DNA of 64,000 bases from Nymphaea colorata (Eukaryota): contig NC_045138.2 of NCBI RefSeq assembly GCF_008831285.2, positions 34,534,001 through 34,598,000 on the forward strand. Direction: 5' to 3'. Position 1 is the stretch's first letter. The number at the start of each line of letters is the position of its first letter. The translations under genes and the position numbers were made by a program. The notes beneath the pieces are model-generated. The model did no database searches. It was not told where the DNA came from and saw only the letters and a list, made by a program, of their open reading frames with translations. Below are positions 12,813-25,300 of this stretch, piece by piece.

Positions 12813-14019
12813 ACCTAGCGCCGGCGGCCGCCACTTCGCCGTCCGTCTAGCATCATTCATATATGTGGATCTTAATTTGTGCAAATCTATGAATGGACCG
12901 CTGAGAATTGATTGCCAGAATTTGGGTAATGGCGTTTGCAATAAATGAAAGAGTGGCATGCTGCTTCTACAAATGAATTTAGCTTGCTTTTTGTTATTAT
13001 TTATAAGATTAAGACAAGGCTTTTATGAAAATTTCTACGACGGCCAGTGCGGAACTGTACAGCAAGAGCAAGGCAAGTACCACGCCACACAGCCTGTTCA
13101 CGTAAGAAGCAAAGCAGGGTGCAGTTCCTCTGTTCATAGAATGCAAAGGCATTATTAGATTAGGAATAACAAGACAAGGCATGATAAAGGAAAAACCAAG
13201 AGATAATTAAACGGAGAGGAGCTTTGGCCTCAACGGTGGAAAGGGAAATTTATTTTTGGAAGAAAACTACAGAGCTGCCGAATATTGCGGCATCTCATTG
13301 AACTCTTCTTTCTCAGACTGAGTTCAGATTTTCAAGTCGATCTATATATTTTTGCTTCCAAAAATATTTTGAAGTGGAGAAATTAAGCAGTCGTGGAAAG
13401 AAAAAAAGAAAAGCAAAAGAAGAAACACTTGTTAGAGGAACATGACTTCTGCCAACGGTGTGTAATGGAGACTCACCAAGAACTCGCCCTGAAGCTGTCC
13501 ACTGTTTCTGTCTTAAATAGGGACGATGTAAACACAAAGAGGGAAAGAAAAGAAAAAAAACTGATGGAAGAGAAAATATAGTGTTGCCTATTGGCAACTT
13601 CACAAGGAGTAAATGGCTTCTTCATGGAGCCACGTCTCTCCATAAAATGAGGAGATGGCAAATTTGCCACTTCTTTTAATTTAATTCTTTCCGCTAACGG
13701 TTCTAAAAACTTCCTGCAATTCGGAGACTTTTTTCGCCGAAAACTGTTCGGCTCGTAGCATGGCCGTCTTCCTTGTGTCCGTCGCTTCCCTTCTCACTCG
13801 GCCATTTTCAATCGTATCGGTGATGCCCTGTCGATGCAAGGCGGTGATGCTCTGTAAATGCAAGATGAATGGTTAGCTTTGATATCCTGTAAATGCGAAG
13901 CGTTCGCTGAGCACCAAGGGTGCTTGTTTTCGTCTCTGACCAGGTGTTGCATTTCCGTTTTGAGTCTAAATTTTCTTCACTCCTTCTTGATCCAAGAGGG
14001 ACTCATCAACCAAGAAAGT

Positions 14020-14510
14020 TTTATACAAGCCTCCGCTGTGTTCCTCTAGGGGCACACCGCACATGCCCACCTCGTCCTCTCTCACATCCGCAACCCAAGC
14101 TCTTGGTTTACGACACCACGATTTAGGGTTATTCTATAAACAATTCAGCAATGAGTGCCATTAATTTGTGTAAGTGAATGCATGGGTCTGGCCTCCAGGC
14201 GAATTCCTTCATGCGTTTGTTCTGAAGGTCTGTAGCTGACTACTAGAGTGGACGTAGATTCATGCGCGGAAAATGGTTGACCAAATGACTGAGAAAGGTT
14301 ATGCATCTTGGAGAACTGTGATTGGCGGTTCTTCCCACAACGGGATGCTCAAGGAGGCTTTGGCACTCTTCGGAGAGATGCAAAAGTCGATGGCTTCTCC
14401 TTGGCTAGCGTTTCGGGTGCATGTGCACTTGGGCAGAGGTGTACATCAGTACGTGTTGATGTTCTTCTTCGCGCCTTACTGGTGGATATGTAAGCTAAGA
14501 TACAACTGCA
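14020..14510 (+). pseudogene. PLS-class pentatricopeptide repeat (PPR) pseudogene fragment
   Basis: Frameshifted, stop-containing motifs: AHLVLSHIRNP, YDTTI*GYS, DQMTEKGYASWRTVIGGSSHNGMLKEALALFGEMQ, VDGFSLASVSGACA and ALLVDM*AK. Confidence 0.8.
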
Positions 14511-17289
14511 TGCGTTTTTTGTCTGACCATGCTCTTTAACTATAATAATACAGCAAAAGGCTTCTCCGTTCATGACACAAGCCGCAATGATCATATCATA
14601 AAACGATAGAGCCTCCAAGATTTTGGTAGATCAAATTGGTGTTGATGTAATTGATCATGTTGGATGAGCCATGGCAACCGGACATCAATTAGCTGCACAT
14701 GTTAAGATTGATGTGCAGTTTAAAGTGATCGTCTTGGGAAAGTGTGTTATGAGCATAACCGTTGTTATAGTTTGTCATTTTGCTCAACCGGAAAGGTACA
14801 AAGTGAGGGTTGACCATGAGATGAATGTTACTCGATTTGAGGGAGAGAGCCCGGCAGCTGTATATCATACGCGTACGCGGTGTGACCAAGCAAGCGTATA
14901 ATAAAAAAAGAAAAAAGAAAAAGAAGAAGATCGAAACCACATTTTGAGACTTGTCACTAATTGGTGGTGCGTGCCTGAAAAGCCACCATGAACGTGCCTG
15001 CAACTCCCCCTGCGCTGCACACAGCGGAAGCGGAGGCCTTCTCTCCCACCACTATCCTACTCTTAGCTGGTGCCTCCACTTGGCCAGCACTCCAATTGTG
15101 GCCACACACTGTGTTTTTGTACACAATGATGAAGCTTAATTTTCCATTTCTAGGCTCTTACCTTGTCTAAATAGGATTTTTTCTTCACTCTCAATTTTCA
15201 CATATTACTACTACCTGCCAAAAATCAAACACATGATCTGCGAGAAGCCAGGCATCAAAATTAGCTCCACATATCGACCATTTTCTCTCTTTTCCGATAC
15301 ACCCAAGAAAAAAAAAAAAAAAAAACATCATGTATTTTGTCTGAAATGAGGCAGCATTTACATCTAAACTGGCCATAGAACCATGCAGGCCAGGAAGGGG
15401 CAGTCCGACCATCGAAGAAGCTGGAAACACTATACATATAAACTCTATACTCTCGATTCCGTCCACCGAAAGCGTTCACATCTTTCTTTTGGGGCACAAA
15501 ATCCATGGAAACTTATTTCACATCTCGGGATTGGCCTTCGGCATTAGATTGAGGTGAAAAGGTTGACCTGTAAAAGCTCTTCAACTTCAAGTAATTAGTA
15601 GGATACCTGATTGTGATAAACGTTGACAAACATGACTGCGAATATATGTGATCAGCGTAATGGTAAACATGACAAACAGGGTATTGGTACCACGTGATCG
15701 GCACCAACGCCGGGAAATTGTTTGAATATTATCGTTGCTGGTGACGTAGAGTTTGAATTTTGGTGCCTTTTTCCTACAAGAATGTCCAAAAGGATTATTA
15801 TTTTAACATTTTTCTGGATGGATTTCGTGATCACTTGGGCTGTTTGATCATGTGTGAACTCTACATTGATTGAGGATGGAGAATGACGAAAATAGCCCTT
15901 GCCGTGTGCGCAAGAAATGGAAGAAGATGAAAACAATATTTCGCTATTCTTCAAAACACACACATATATATATATATATATTATTCTCACGAGTGAATTA
16001 AGCCCGTTTAACTGGCCGTGCTCAGCCAAGTCATTAACGTTAAAGCGTGAATTACCACTTGGTGTTTCCCAAAACAAAAAACATTAATTGCCGTAGTGTC
16101 GTGTTATATAATGACGTTGAATGCATATTATTGGCTTAAGTGTAATATGAAGAAAATCGTAATTAATATGCTAAAGATTTCCATAGTAATTAATTAAGTC
16201 GCTGTTACATTCCAGTGGACTTCATTCATCTTAGCACATCTTGCTTCTTCTTTCATAGAAAACCATCATATAAACTTTCAAGGGTCTTTTCGTGATAGGA
16301 GCAGTAACATATGGTTTCATGTAGTAGAGCTAACGGTTGGCAAGGAATTATACATTTAGATTAAGCGCTAACCTGCTTCTCCTTAGATGAATTTAAATAA
16401 AAAAGCGCAAAACAGATTATACATTAATCAACAAATGGACGACAGTTGGCAACGAATGAGTTGGGTTTTTAGTAATCTAACGGAGGTCGTGCATAAAAAA
16501 AAAAAAAAAAAAACTAAAAATGTTTTCGTAGTTTTGCTGGATGAACAGATAACAGCACGACATGAGGGTCCCCTCCGTTCTCTCTCTCGCGATCTTGGTG
16601 ATCTGTCTTGCTTGTCTCTCATAGCGGCGGAATGAAAGGTTTTTTCTTTTTCTCTAATTCAGAAGCTCCTCTTTCAAATGTCCGAGTCTGGTTTTCCAAG
16701 CCGACAGAACCCCTCCCACCAACCCACAACAACAGGCAACAGCACAAGTACAACACGAAGATAAGAGGGAGCAAAAAGAGAGAGAAACACAAGCAGCGCC
16801 ATTATTCCCTTCACTGATGATTGGTCGTCACGGCATTGCCGCTCCGTCTACACCATCCGTGAGAACTGTTTTTTCTGCACACCAAATTTCTCTCGGATGC
16901 TCTGTTTGATGCTCTCTGCCCGTTCTCTCTCTCTCCCCCTCCCTTCCTCCTTTTCCTTCCCACGCCGTCACTAATTCTTTCATAGACGTCTCCATTTCTT
17001 TGGAGGTATCGTGTTCTTGCTTCGCTCTAATCTTCCTCCTTGTTCATGACTACAAGGTTCTGGTACGCACGACCGTGACTGTCTGAAGATGATAGAGGAT
17101 GGGAGGCTGCTGGAGTAAGTTTGTTCCTTTCAGAGGAGGTATTTTCATTGTTTTCGATTTTTTGTTGTCCTACAAGTTTACTTTTGTTATTTTCACGACA
17201 AATGATAACACTCTATTAACTCATCAGACGTCCTTTTTTTTTCCCCCCCTCGAACGGCAGCATTTGGTTGGTTGAAGAGACCTTTACGA

Positions 17290-19162
17290 ATGGGAACTAA
17301 GATCAAAGGATTCTTAAAAGGGATCAAATACATATCACAGATTTTTGGTAACATGCGTACACATATTTTTCTTTGCGAATATTGGCGGCTTATTGATCTT
17401 GAATATCTGATGTCCTTATGCTTCTTACATCTCCAGTCTACAAAGAACATGAAATGGAAATAGGGTATCCTACTGATGTGAGACATGTGGTGCATGTAGA
17501 TTTGGACGACCCATCCGTGACTCCTCCTAGTTGGGTATGTAAAATCAAACTAGATCTTCTTTTCTTTTTATCTTTATTTTCCTTTTAGTTGTTTGCCATC
17601 CTGGCCACCATATTTACAATAAGAAATATCACATTTCGGCAATGGTTGGGATCAAATACGATGGCTTGGTGATAGATCCCAAGTACCAATGGAAAGATGG
17701 AAGATCAGAGCCAAATGTTACTAGGTTTAAGTAACCACTTTGCCTCATCTTGTAAATGGATCATGGAAGTTCCCTGAAGTGCCCCTCACCCGGTCACAAT
17801 GATGTCTTACCAAGAAACGGTTGGATGAGAAACTGTGATTTTTTTTTTTTACTTTCACTCGGAGGTCTGCCAGCACAAGGGAGATGCTGCTATATGTCTC
17901 GTCTTGTACCACTGCATTACTATCGCTGTAGAAAGAAACAAACAAAATAACTGCTATTCAAGCAAACTTACCAAACGATCCAGTTGGAGATTAATTATTG
18001 TTTTCTGCATTATTAGCCTTCAGTTGGCATCTTGACAAAAAACAGTAAAAATCCTTCGTACAGGAACTGCAGCACATGAACAGACAGAACAGAGCTCATC
18101 TAGATATTTTCACCGCATGCTGGGTATCTCTGCATGTTTCTTGTTTTTACCTTTTGATCCGTCACGGTTACTTTTAAACTTGCAGATGAAGGAGTTCAAG
18201 ACAGCCCCTGAATTTTCTTCAACCTCATTGGCGAATTTTGGACAAAGGGATATGGTGTCTTGGGCTTCTAGTGGTAAGTCATGAATCGTTTGTTTTGCTT
18301 TGAGCTTTATTCTGAGATAAAAGTAGTTCAATTCATACTACAATAACTACTCCGCTCACTGTTCGAGTAGACGGTCATACAGTGTCTTGTTATGCACCCT
18401 CGCTACCCTTCTTTACGAATTCCTCTGCAGCATGTAGAGAAGGTATTCAATCCACTTGTGCTACCATTTCGTAGCCGCCACATGCTTTCGATCCAGCATT
18501 TTGCGAGTATCCGTCCCTGAGTCAAATTTTAACCACCTCCTTTTCATTATTTCTGCACCCCATGCGACAGAGATAATCAGGTGCTGATCCCTGCTCGTCT
18601 CGGACCGACGAGGCAGAGGCGACAGCCCATCCGTCTCACGCTCTGTGGCGAAAACATGATCTTAGCGTTGGTTGAGTACATCATGGATACTGTTCCAGCT
18701 GCAACACATTAACGACGCTAGCTAAAATTCTGTCATTTGGAATTCCTCAAAAGCGGGTCGCTAAGAAATTGAACAAAGGGTTCTGATGGGAATCTAAAAT
18801 GTCACTAATTTTTGGGACGGAAGGTATCATGTGCTTGTTGCAATACGACAGAGAACTAGCAAATAGATGCATGAAAATTTAGCGAGTACCAACGTAAATT
18901 CATTTGTTTTTCCTTTTTGTTTTCTTGGAACGAAAGAGAGAGATTCCTGTTGGGTAATGTTACTGCCGTTTGTGGTTGGGAACATTCAGACTTTCAGACG
19001 CCTGAGGAGCTACTTCAACAAGGCCCTGACATACCTGTCGGCTCTCCCCCGCGCGAAACCCCGAGGAAGACATCCAGGCGCAAGAGATCCAAGGACTCTT
19101 CAGCAACAAGATCATCTAAACCTCCCAAGCAGAAAACTTCCAATGCGGATAAGCAGATGTAG
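17290..19162 (+). CDS. CRIB-domain ROP-interacting protein (RIC family), 138 aa; exons 17290-17347, 17437-17534, 18186-18273, 18990-19162
   Basis: [40 protein letters not shown]...PPSW-MKEFK matches the RIC N-terminus and CRIB motif. Introns are GT-AG with matching phases. Basic C-terminus. Confidence 0.9.
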
Positions 19163-22159
19163 ACGTTCATGGAGGCTAATGAAAACTGCAGTTATCCTAT
19201 GTCCTCCTCTATTCCTTGGTCGTTCTCGCCTCACATGAAAAAAAAAAAAAGAACAGTTGATCGGTTTAAGTGGTAGTGGCTGTTCGTGGATTCCTGACTT
19301 GAAGACAAAAAATGGAATTTGGACAGATTACCATCTGTAAAGTAACTTAATTTTTTCGTTATTTATTTAATTGGGCAGTGTAACAACTTCAAGACATAAA
19401 CGGTGTGGCATTAGTGTCGTCCTTGCATACTGTACTGATCCATTTTACATTTGTCATATTGTGAAGTTTCATCCAATGACTCCAGAGGTTGTTAAGAATT
19501 TGTTTTCCATCATTCGCTACGACTGAATAAATATTATGATTGAATTTATTCCTTTCCATATGCCATAAGTTGTCCTCATCCATCGGTGAGCTTCCCGTTG
19601 CTGGAAACAAGTCAGGCAGCCCTTCGTGTGTTAGTGCCCTGTGGAATCAATTGGGAGTTCTCTAGCATTTGTAGGGGGGCGGCATGTACATAACAAAGTG
19701 GTTCATGCACTTCATGAATTTTAGTTGATGATATATGTCAAACTCTGTGATACCTTTTGCGAGAAGAGATGGTTTTCCACTTTGAGAAGAATCTCTAGAA
19801 TGACTCTGAGTGAAGCAATTAGATGCTAAGAAATATGTACCAGACCCCTTCACTTATCAGTGGAGGACACAGTCGACGATTGAACAGGTAGATGTTCATC
19901 CCCCATGGTACCTCCCTAATCCATGCAGTAAGAAGATGACATATAGATAATCAGGCACAGTTCCTGAAGCAATTCCTTTTTCTAGCTAGTAATAACCGAT
20001 GAACTGCCTGGCTCACTTCTAGGTTTCCTGAAAAGTAACGATTGGTGCTTTAAGCATAGGCATGGCAGTTCAAAAGTTTAATGACTTGAAGCAAGAAGTG
20101 AATAAATTAATGGCTGTCAGATGATGCATGAAGCATTTAAAAGCATGAAAGTTGACACCGTGTAAGTAATAAACTAGAAGGCAAACATGCATCTTAGTAT
20201 TATGTAATGTGCAAATAGACCATACTGCATGATAAATTATTCAAATCAGCGTTCAAAATTTCAAATGTCGAAGCCAATGATGCCAGCGAGGCCTGCTTTT
20301 ACCCACTCAACTTTGCTCGTTCGCCTTCAGACACAAGAATGAAGGACCAGAAGATTGCTGCAATCATCTAAAAAAAGAAGCAGGAAGTAGCACATCGTGC
20401 GGATGATGATTATAAAAAAATCGCCATTTTGGGGGCAGCCATCTACCTGCGCCTGAAAAATAGTATCCCCAAAATTATACTTGTAGGTTTTCTTGCAGTG
20501 GTTCAAGGCTCTCGTTCTAGCACCACTACTGCTGCAATATGCATCAGAGAATTCGGCATATCCCCAGCACCCTCCAACGACAAATTGGAGTACCACCATT
20601 GCAGATAACATAAATATTTGCGGGAAGGGCATCTAAATCTCCACAAGGCAGCTTAGATAGCATTCTCCGTTTTCCGTATTCTAAAGTAAGTTTTATGGGT
20701 TTTCGATCGTACATAACTGAATGCACGATGACAAATTATTCACACATTATTATATGTGTACTTCTTTGTATGTCGAGCAATAAAATGGTTTGTTGGGCAT
20801 GTACAAGCAAAAACAGAGATCCACATGATATGGAACTTTAACAAGCACGCATTGCATAATGGAGGTGCTTTGATAGCATTACTAGGAAATAATTTCGATA
20901 TATCATGAAACCGCAATCAATTTTTCCTGTCATAACTCATCAGCTAATTAGCTTAGTATATGTTGAAGTCTTAATCGCGGGATGGAGAGTAACCATCCCA
21001 ATGGTTAATATAGAAAAGGCTACTGAATCGAAATGGAACGCCAATGCGAATGTGCCTGCAGCATATGGGGTCAACAGAACGCAAAGTATTACAATTGCTG
21101 TTCGTGTTTTTTGAGATTTGAGAAGAAGCATTGATCACATATGTATTTGCTAGCTGAACTAATCAACTTCCTTGTGCTGCATATTTCCGATTGAAAAATT
21201 GGAGAAGAGTTAATTAGAAATTACACAAAAAAGAAAAAAGGAAAAGTAGCAATCTTCTTGTGACACAAAATGGTTATCAAAGAAGGTAGAAGTATGAGTC
21301 ATCTACTTTGGCCCCATGCTTGTTAAGGCGTTATATGAAAATGGACGATTGAGACTGAAAGTCTCTTTGAATAACCAACCGCAAAAAAAGCTAAAGATCT
21401 GATATGCAGTACATTTAATACGCCATGCAAAAGCTAAAGATAGATAATGCACAATTAAAGGGCAGTTTCTTTTGGCCGAGAATGTAACATTGCAAATAGT
21501 AAATTGGTTACTTTTTCAAATTTGAAACAGCATAGCTTGGAGAGGATTGATAGATTTCATGGAATGCTTACTGGTGGGTCAACTTCCTGTACGATAGGAA
21601 ATGAAAACCACCAAAGCTTCTTTTTCTTCTTATTTTTATGTTTTTAGCAAGCTGCCTTCAACATAGTTCTTCCTCTTGAATCCTTTGTATTAGAAGGCAC
21701 ATGTTGTCCCCTCTAAATCCTAATCCCATCGATGAACTCAGGTTGGTGGGGAATGGTAGTGGGGTAGAGAGAGAGAGAGAGACCAAGGTGAGGGCGGTAA
21801 GTCGGACAGTCTCAGATGAACAAGTAGATCTAATGTCTTCTCTGTTCTTTGTATGACATGATAGCTTATGTGATGCATGCTATATTGTTTAGCTACATTC
21901 GTACTAACAGCATAAAAATGCATTTGTTTGTTCATTGAGATCCAGTAAAACAGTAGCCCGTTGTGGTTTTCCCCACTCGGATATGCATATTAATCACACA
22001 ATTACTACATGTTTAACCTGAACTCTTATTAGATCTGCTTCTTAATTTATTACCGAAGCCCCAAACTAATCGGGTATGGAATGAATCGGACTGCACCTCC
22101 AATCTTTGGCTGAACCGGTGAACGAAACAGGCCGTGGCAGACCTATTATGTTTCCGCAA

Positions 22160-22251
22160 TGGGCTGCGCCGGCAAGTATAGCTTAGGCTCTCCACCAGAG
22201 TCGAGCCCCATCCTCGTCGGGTATCAGAGAGCCCAATTGGAGATCGGCCCA
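22160..22251. promoter_or_regulatory. Cluster of site II (TGGGCY) elements upstream of DDRGK1
   Basis: TGGGCT at 22160, AGCCCA at 22230 and GGCCCA at 22246, about 95-190 bp before the ATG and followed by a GA-rich leader. Confidence 0.45.
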
Positions 22252-22345
22252 GAGTGGACTCTTGGTCCACAAAAGACACGTTTGCCGTGAAACGCCTGTA
22301 GCCTGGGACTCTGGTGTGGCAGAGGGAGAGGGAGCGAGAGAGAAG

Positions 22346-25300
22346 ATGGACGAACTCTTCGCTAGCTTGCTGTTGATGGTTCTGGTGATTGCTGTCTTCC
22401 CTTTACTTCTTTGGAGACGTCGTCAGGAATCGCGTTCTCCCCAACCACCGGTGGTAGGCTTTCTAAACTGTTCCCTACAAGTCAAAATCCCTCTGTTTAT
22501 TGGTTTAGGTTTTTGAAACAATAAAGAATTACTAGAAAGATTCAATGATTGGGTCAGGATCGCGATTGTTTCTTAACATGGCATCAGTATCCAACTAATT
22601 CACAGTGCCCGTTAATCAATTCCCTCTGTTTGCTTTAATTGTATCAAAATTTCGACGGGCATTATGAATTTGACACGGTTTTTCATTTATTTTCTGTGAT
22701 TTTTTTGAACTCTCGTTCGTCCTCCTCATCCTCAATGTCTCGGTATTCTCTATGGTCTACCAACTCAGGTCGATAGATCTTTTCCCGTGGAAATTACACG
22801 GCGATGTTACGATTTTATTATTTTGAATTTTAGAGCAATAAGGGGACTGCTATTATATGCAAATTCTTACGGGCATGAATCTCGACAAGAACGATGTTCA
22901 TGACGAGGAGAAATTTGAGTATGGAGATGGAAAGGGACCAGTGACCCGCTTTGCTTTTTATATCAAGTCGGGCGTCTTATTGACAAATTTCTTGGTAAGC
23001 AAAATGAGTTATGACCGTATTTCTATAAAAAAATCACTCGTTTATGAATCTTTCGTACTACGGTATAGGTTCAGTACCATTTTCTTTGGTGATTTCAAGA
23101 TCCAGTTCTTTGATGGTAGGTAAGCTTTTGAAGCTTTTACCGCCTAACGCCAAGCCTTTGAATGGATGTTTAAGTGTTGTGCACTATCCTGCACTACCTA
23201 TACATTCTTGAAATTTGAACAAGCATCTCTTGCACAACGAACAGACGCAACTCTTATTGTGTCTTTATTTATCATTATACTGTATCTTTTCATTGTCTCA
23301 TTCACAGAGGTGTTTGCTGCATAGCCATCTGTTTAGCCAACTCAATTGTTCCTAGTAAACTTTCTCTAGCTTAAGTAATCAGGCTGCATTGTTTTAATGT
23401 AATAAAAAGAAAGAGGAGGCTCTGAAGCTTTGTTTTGCTTCATGCAAAATCTAGGTTCCACATCAGGACACTGTAGTTCATCATGGTGGAGTTAGGCGTA
23501 TGAGACGAAGGCCAGCTGCAAGTGCATCAACATCATCTGCCATGCAAGAAGGTTTTTTATTTTTAATTTTTCCTTTGAGATGAATCGAACAATGATTTCG
23601 TTGAAAGTTTCTTGCAAGCACAGGTTAATGGTTTTCAGCTTGGCCTTTTTCATTTTTTTTCCTTTTATTTATTATTTTTTCCTGGTCCTTTTTTGTTCAA
23701 ATGGACTTGGGAACTATCATTGTATCATATCTTTTGATCCTTGAATTGGGTATATCGGGAGAAAATGCCATGCACCTTAGACATAAGAACTGGATCGAAT
23801 TTATGGTGACTAGATGAAATACGTTTCATGCCGGATTAACTGGTTATCTATGCATGGTTTTTAGCCTTTTAGGTGTTCCAGTGGTCAAAGGATCTGAACG
23901 TAGATAGGTTGAACTGAAAAACAAGGAATGGGAGTGCTGCAAGTTGCAGGCAGACTATCTATGATTGGATTTCTTATGCTTTTGTAATTTAGAGTCTAGA
24001 CCACTGTCCCATGGTTGTATATTCGCATGATTCGAAGTCCATTTGTATCCAAAATGGCTCCTGATTTTTTGGCTTAAGAACATGTATTGGAAAGCAGCTG
24101 GATGGCGCAAAACAGATGGGCTAAATGCCACTTGCCATAGCAAAGGTGCTAATTGAGCTAAATGAGACATGATTGAACTGTTCAGTTTTCGTCCTTAAAT
24201 CATTGTAAGTCCATATGTACCTAAAGGATCCCAGTTTCTTGGCTTAAGAATACTTTGTCGTTGAGGTATGTGGATGCCACAGAAGCAGGAAAACCAAATC
24301 TTGCTTGCCACAGGAATTGCTGCTAATTGAGCTGAGAGAGACATTATTGGACTGTTCAGTGTTCTTCCAATTTGTCTCAAGCTTGCTCATCTGGGGTTCA
24401 TATTTTGTCTCGTGAAATCAAGTCTGTCTCATTGTAAATGGGGAACTATGCTGTTTTCAGTTTCTTGGAAATTAGACTTTATATGCTAGTCGCTCAAGGT
24501 CATTCACTGTAATCAGAATTCCATGAGCAAGCCAAGTCCAAGAGTTGATTCTTAATGAAAACTGTTGCTTTCTGAATGATAAGACCAGGAATTCTTTACT
24601 TACCCAGCACCTTTCTCATAGATGATAGAGGTGTACATGTGCCTTTTATCAACTCTCAACCAGCCCATGTGCATGTTAACATGTACATATAGGCAATGTT
24701 TCAGCTGCTTCCGCTGAACCTATCCATATAAGCTTCTTATTTCATAGTTCATCCACTATCTTATAAGGTTTCAGGCCAAGGTAGGTATATGCTGCTTTCT
24801 GGTGATTATTTTGAAGTCCCTATGTGACATGGGAATAGAACTTTCAGATGTCTGTGGAATTATACTCTGAGCATCTTGTCTTTAATTGTATGAACCATTC
24901 TAATTTATGAATGTTTTCATAGGAAAAAAAGGTGTTTTCAGTTTTTTTGTGCTTTGTATCAGTTTCTATAGTTCTCTTGCTTTCTTAAGTTCTTCAAATG
25001 CAGACATTGCTGTTCAAAGCGAGGAAGAGGATTCTGCTGGTGATAACTATGTTGCCAAATCTTCTAAGAAGAAAGAGAAAAAACGTCAAGAGCGGGAAGC
25101 ACAACGCCAGGTTAGCATGGAACCTGTCTGCTCCAATTGCTACCATGTTTTTCATTTAGGAATATGTTGGACTGTTGGTCTTGGAATGTGTTTGAATGCT
25201 GTTCTTATTTTCTTTTGCGGGTTCTTTTATTTGATGATTAAGGATAAAAGAAAAGGAATATGACCTCATATTTCCGAAATTATATTTCTTTTCTTCTGTG

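Noticed and set aside
18505..18826. Stowaway-like ends (TCCGTCCC ... GGGACGGAAGGTA) in a RIC intron
   Set aside because: Only partial TIR similarity; too degenerate to call.
22220..22232. GGTATCAGAG, PBS-like
   Set aside because: No preceding LTR end or downstream gag; lies in the DDRGK1 promoter.
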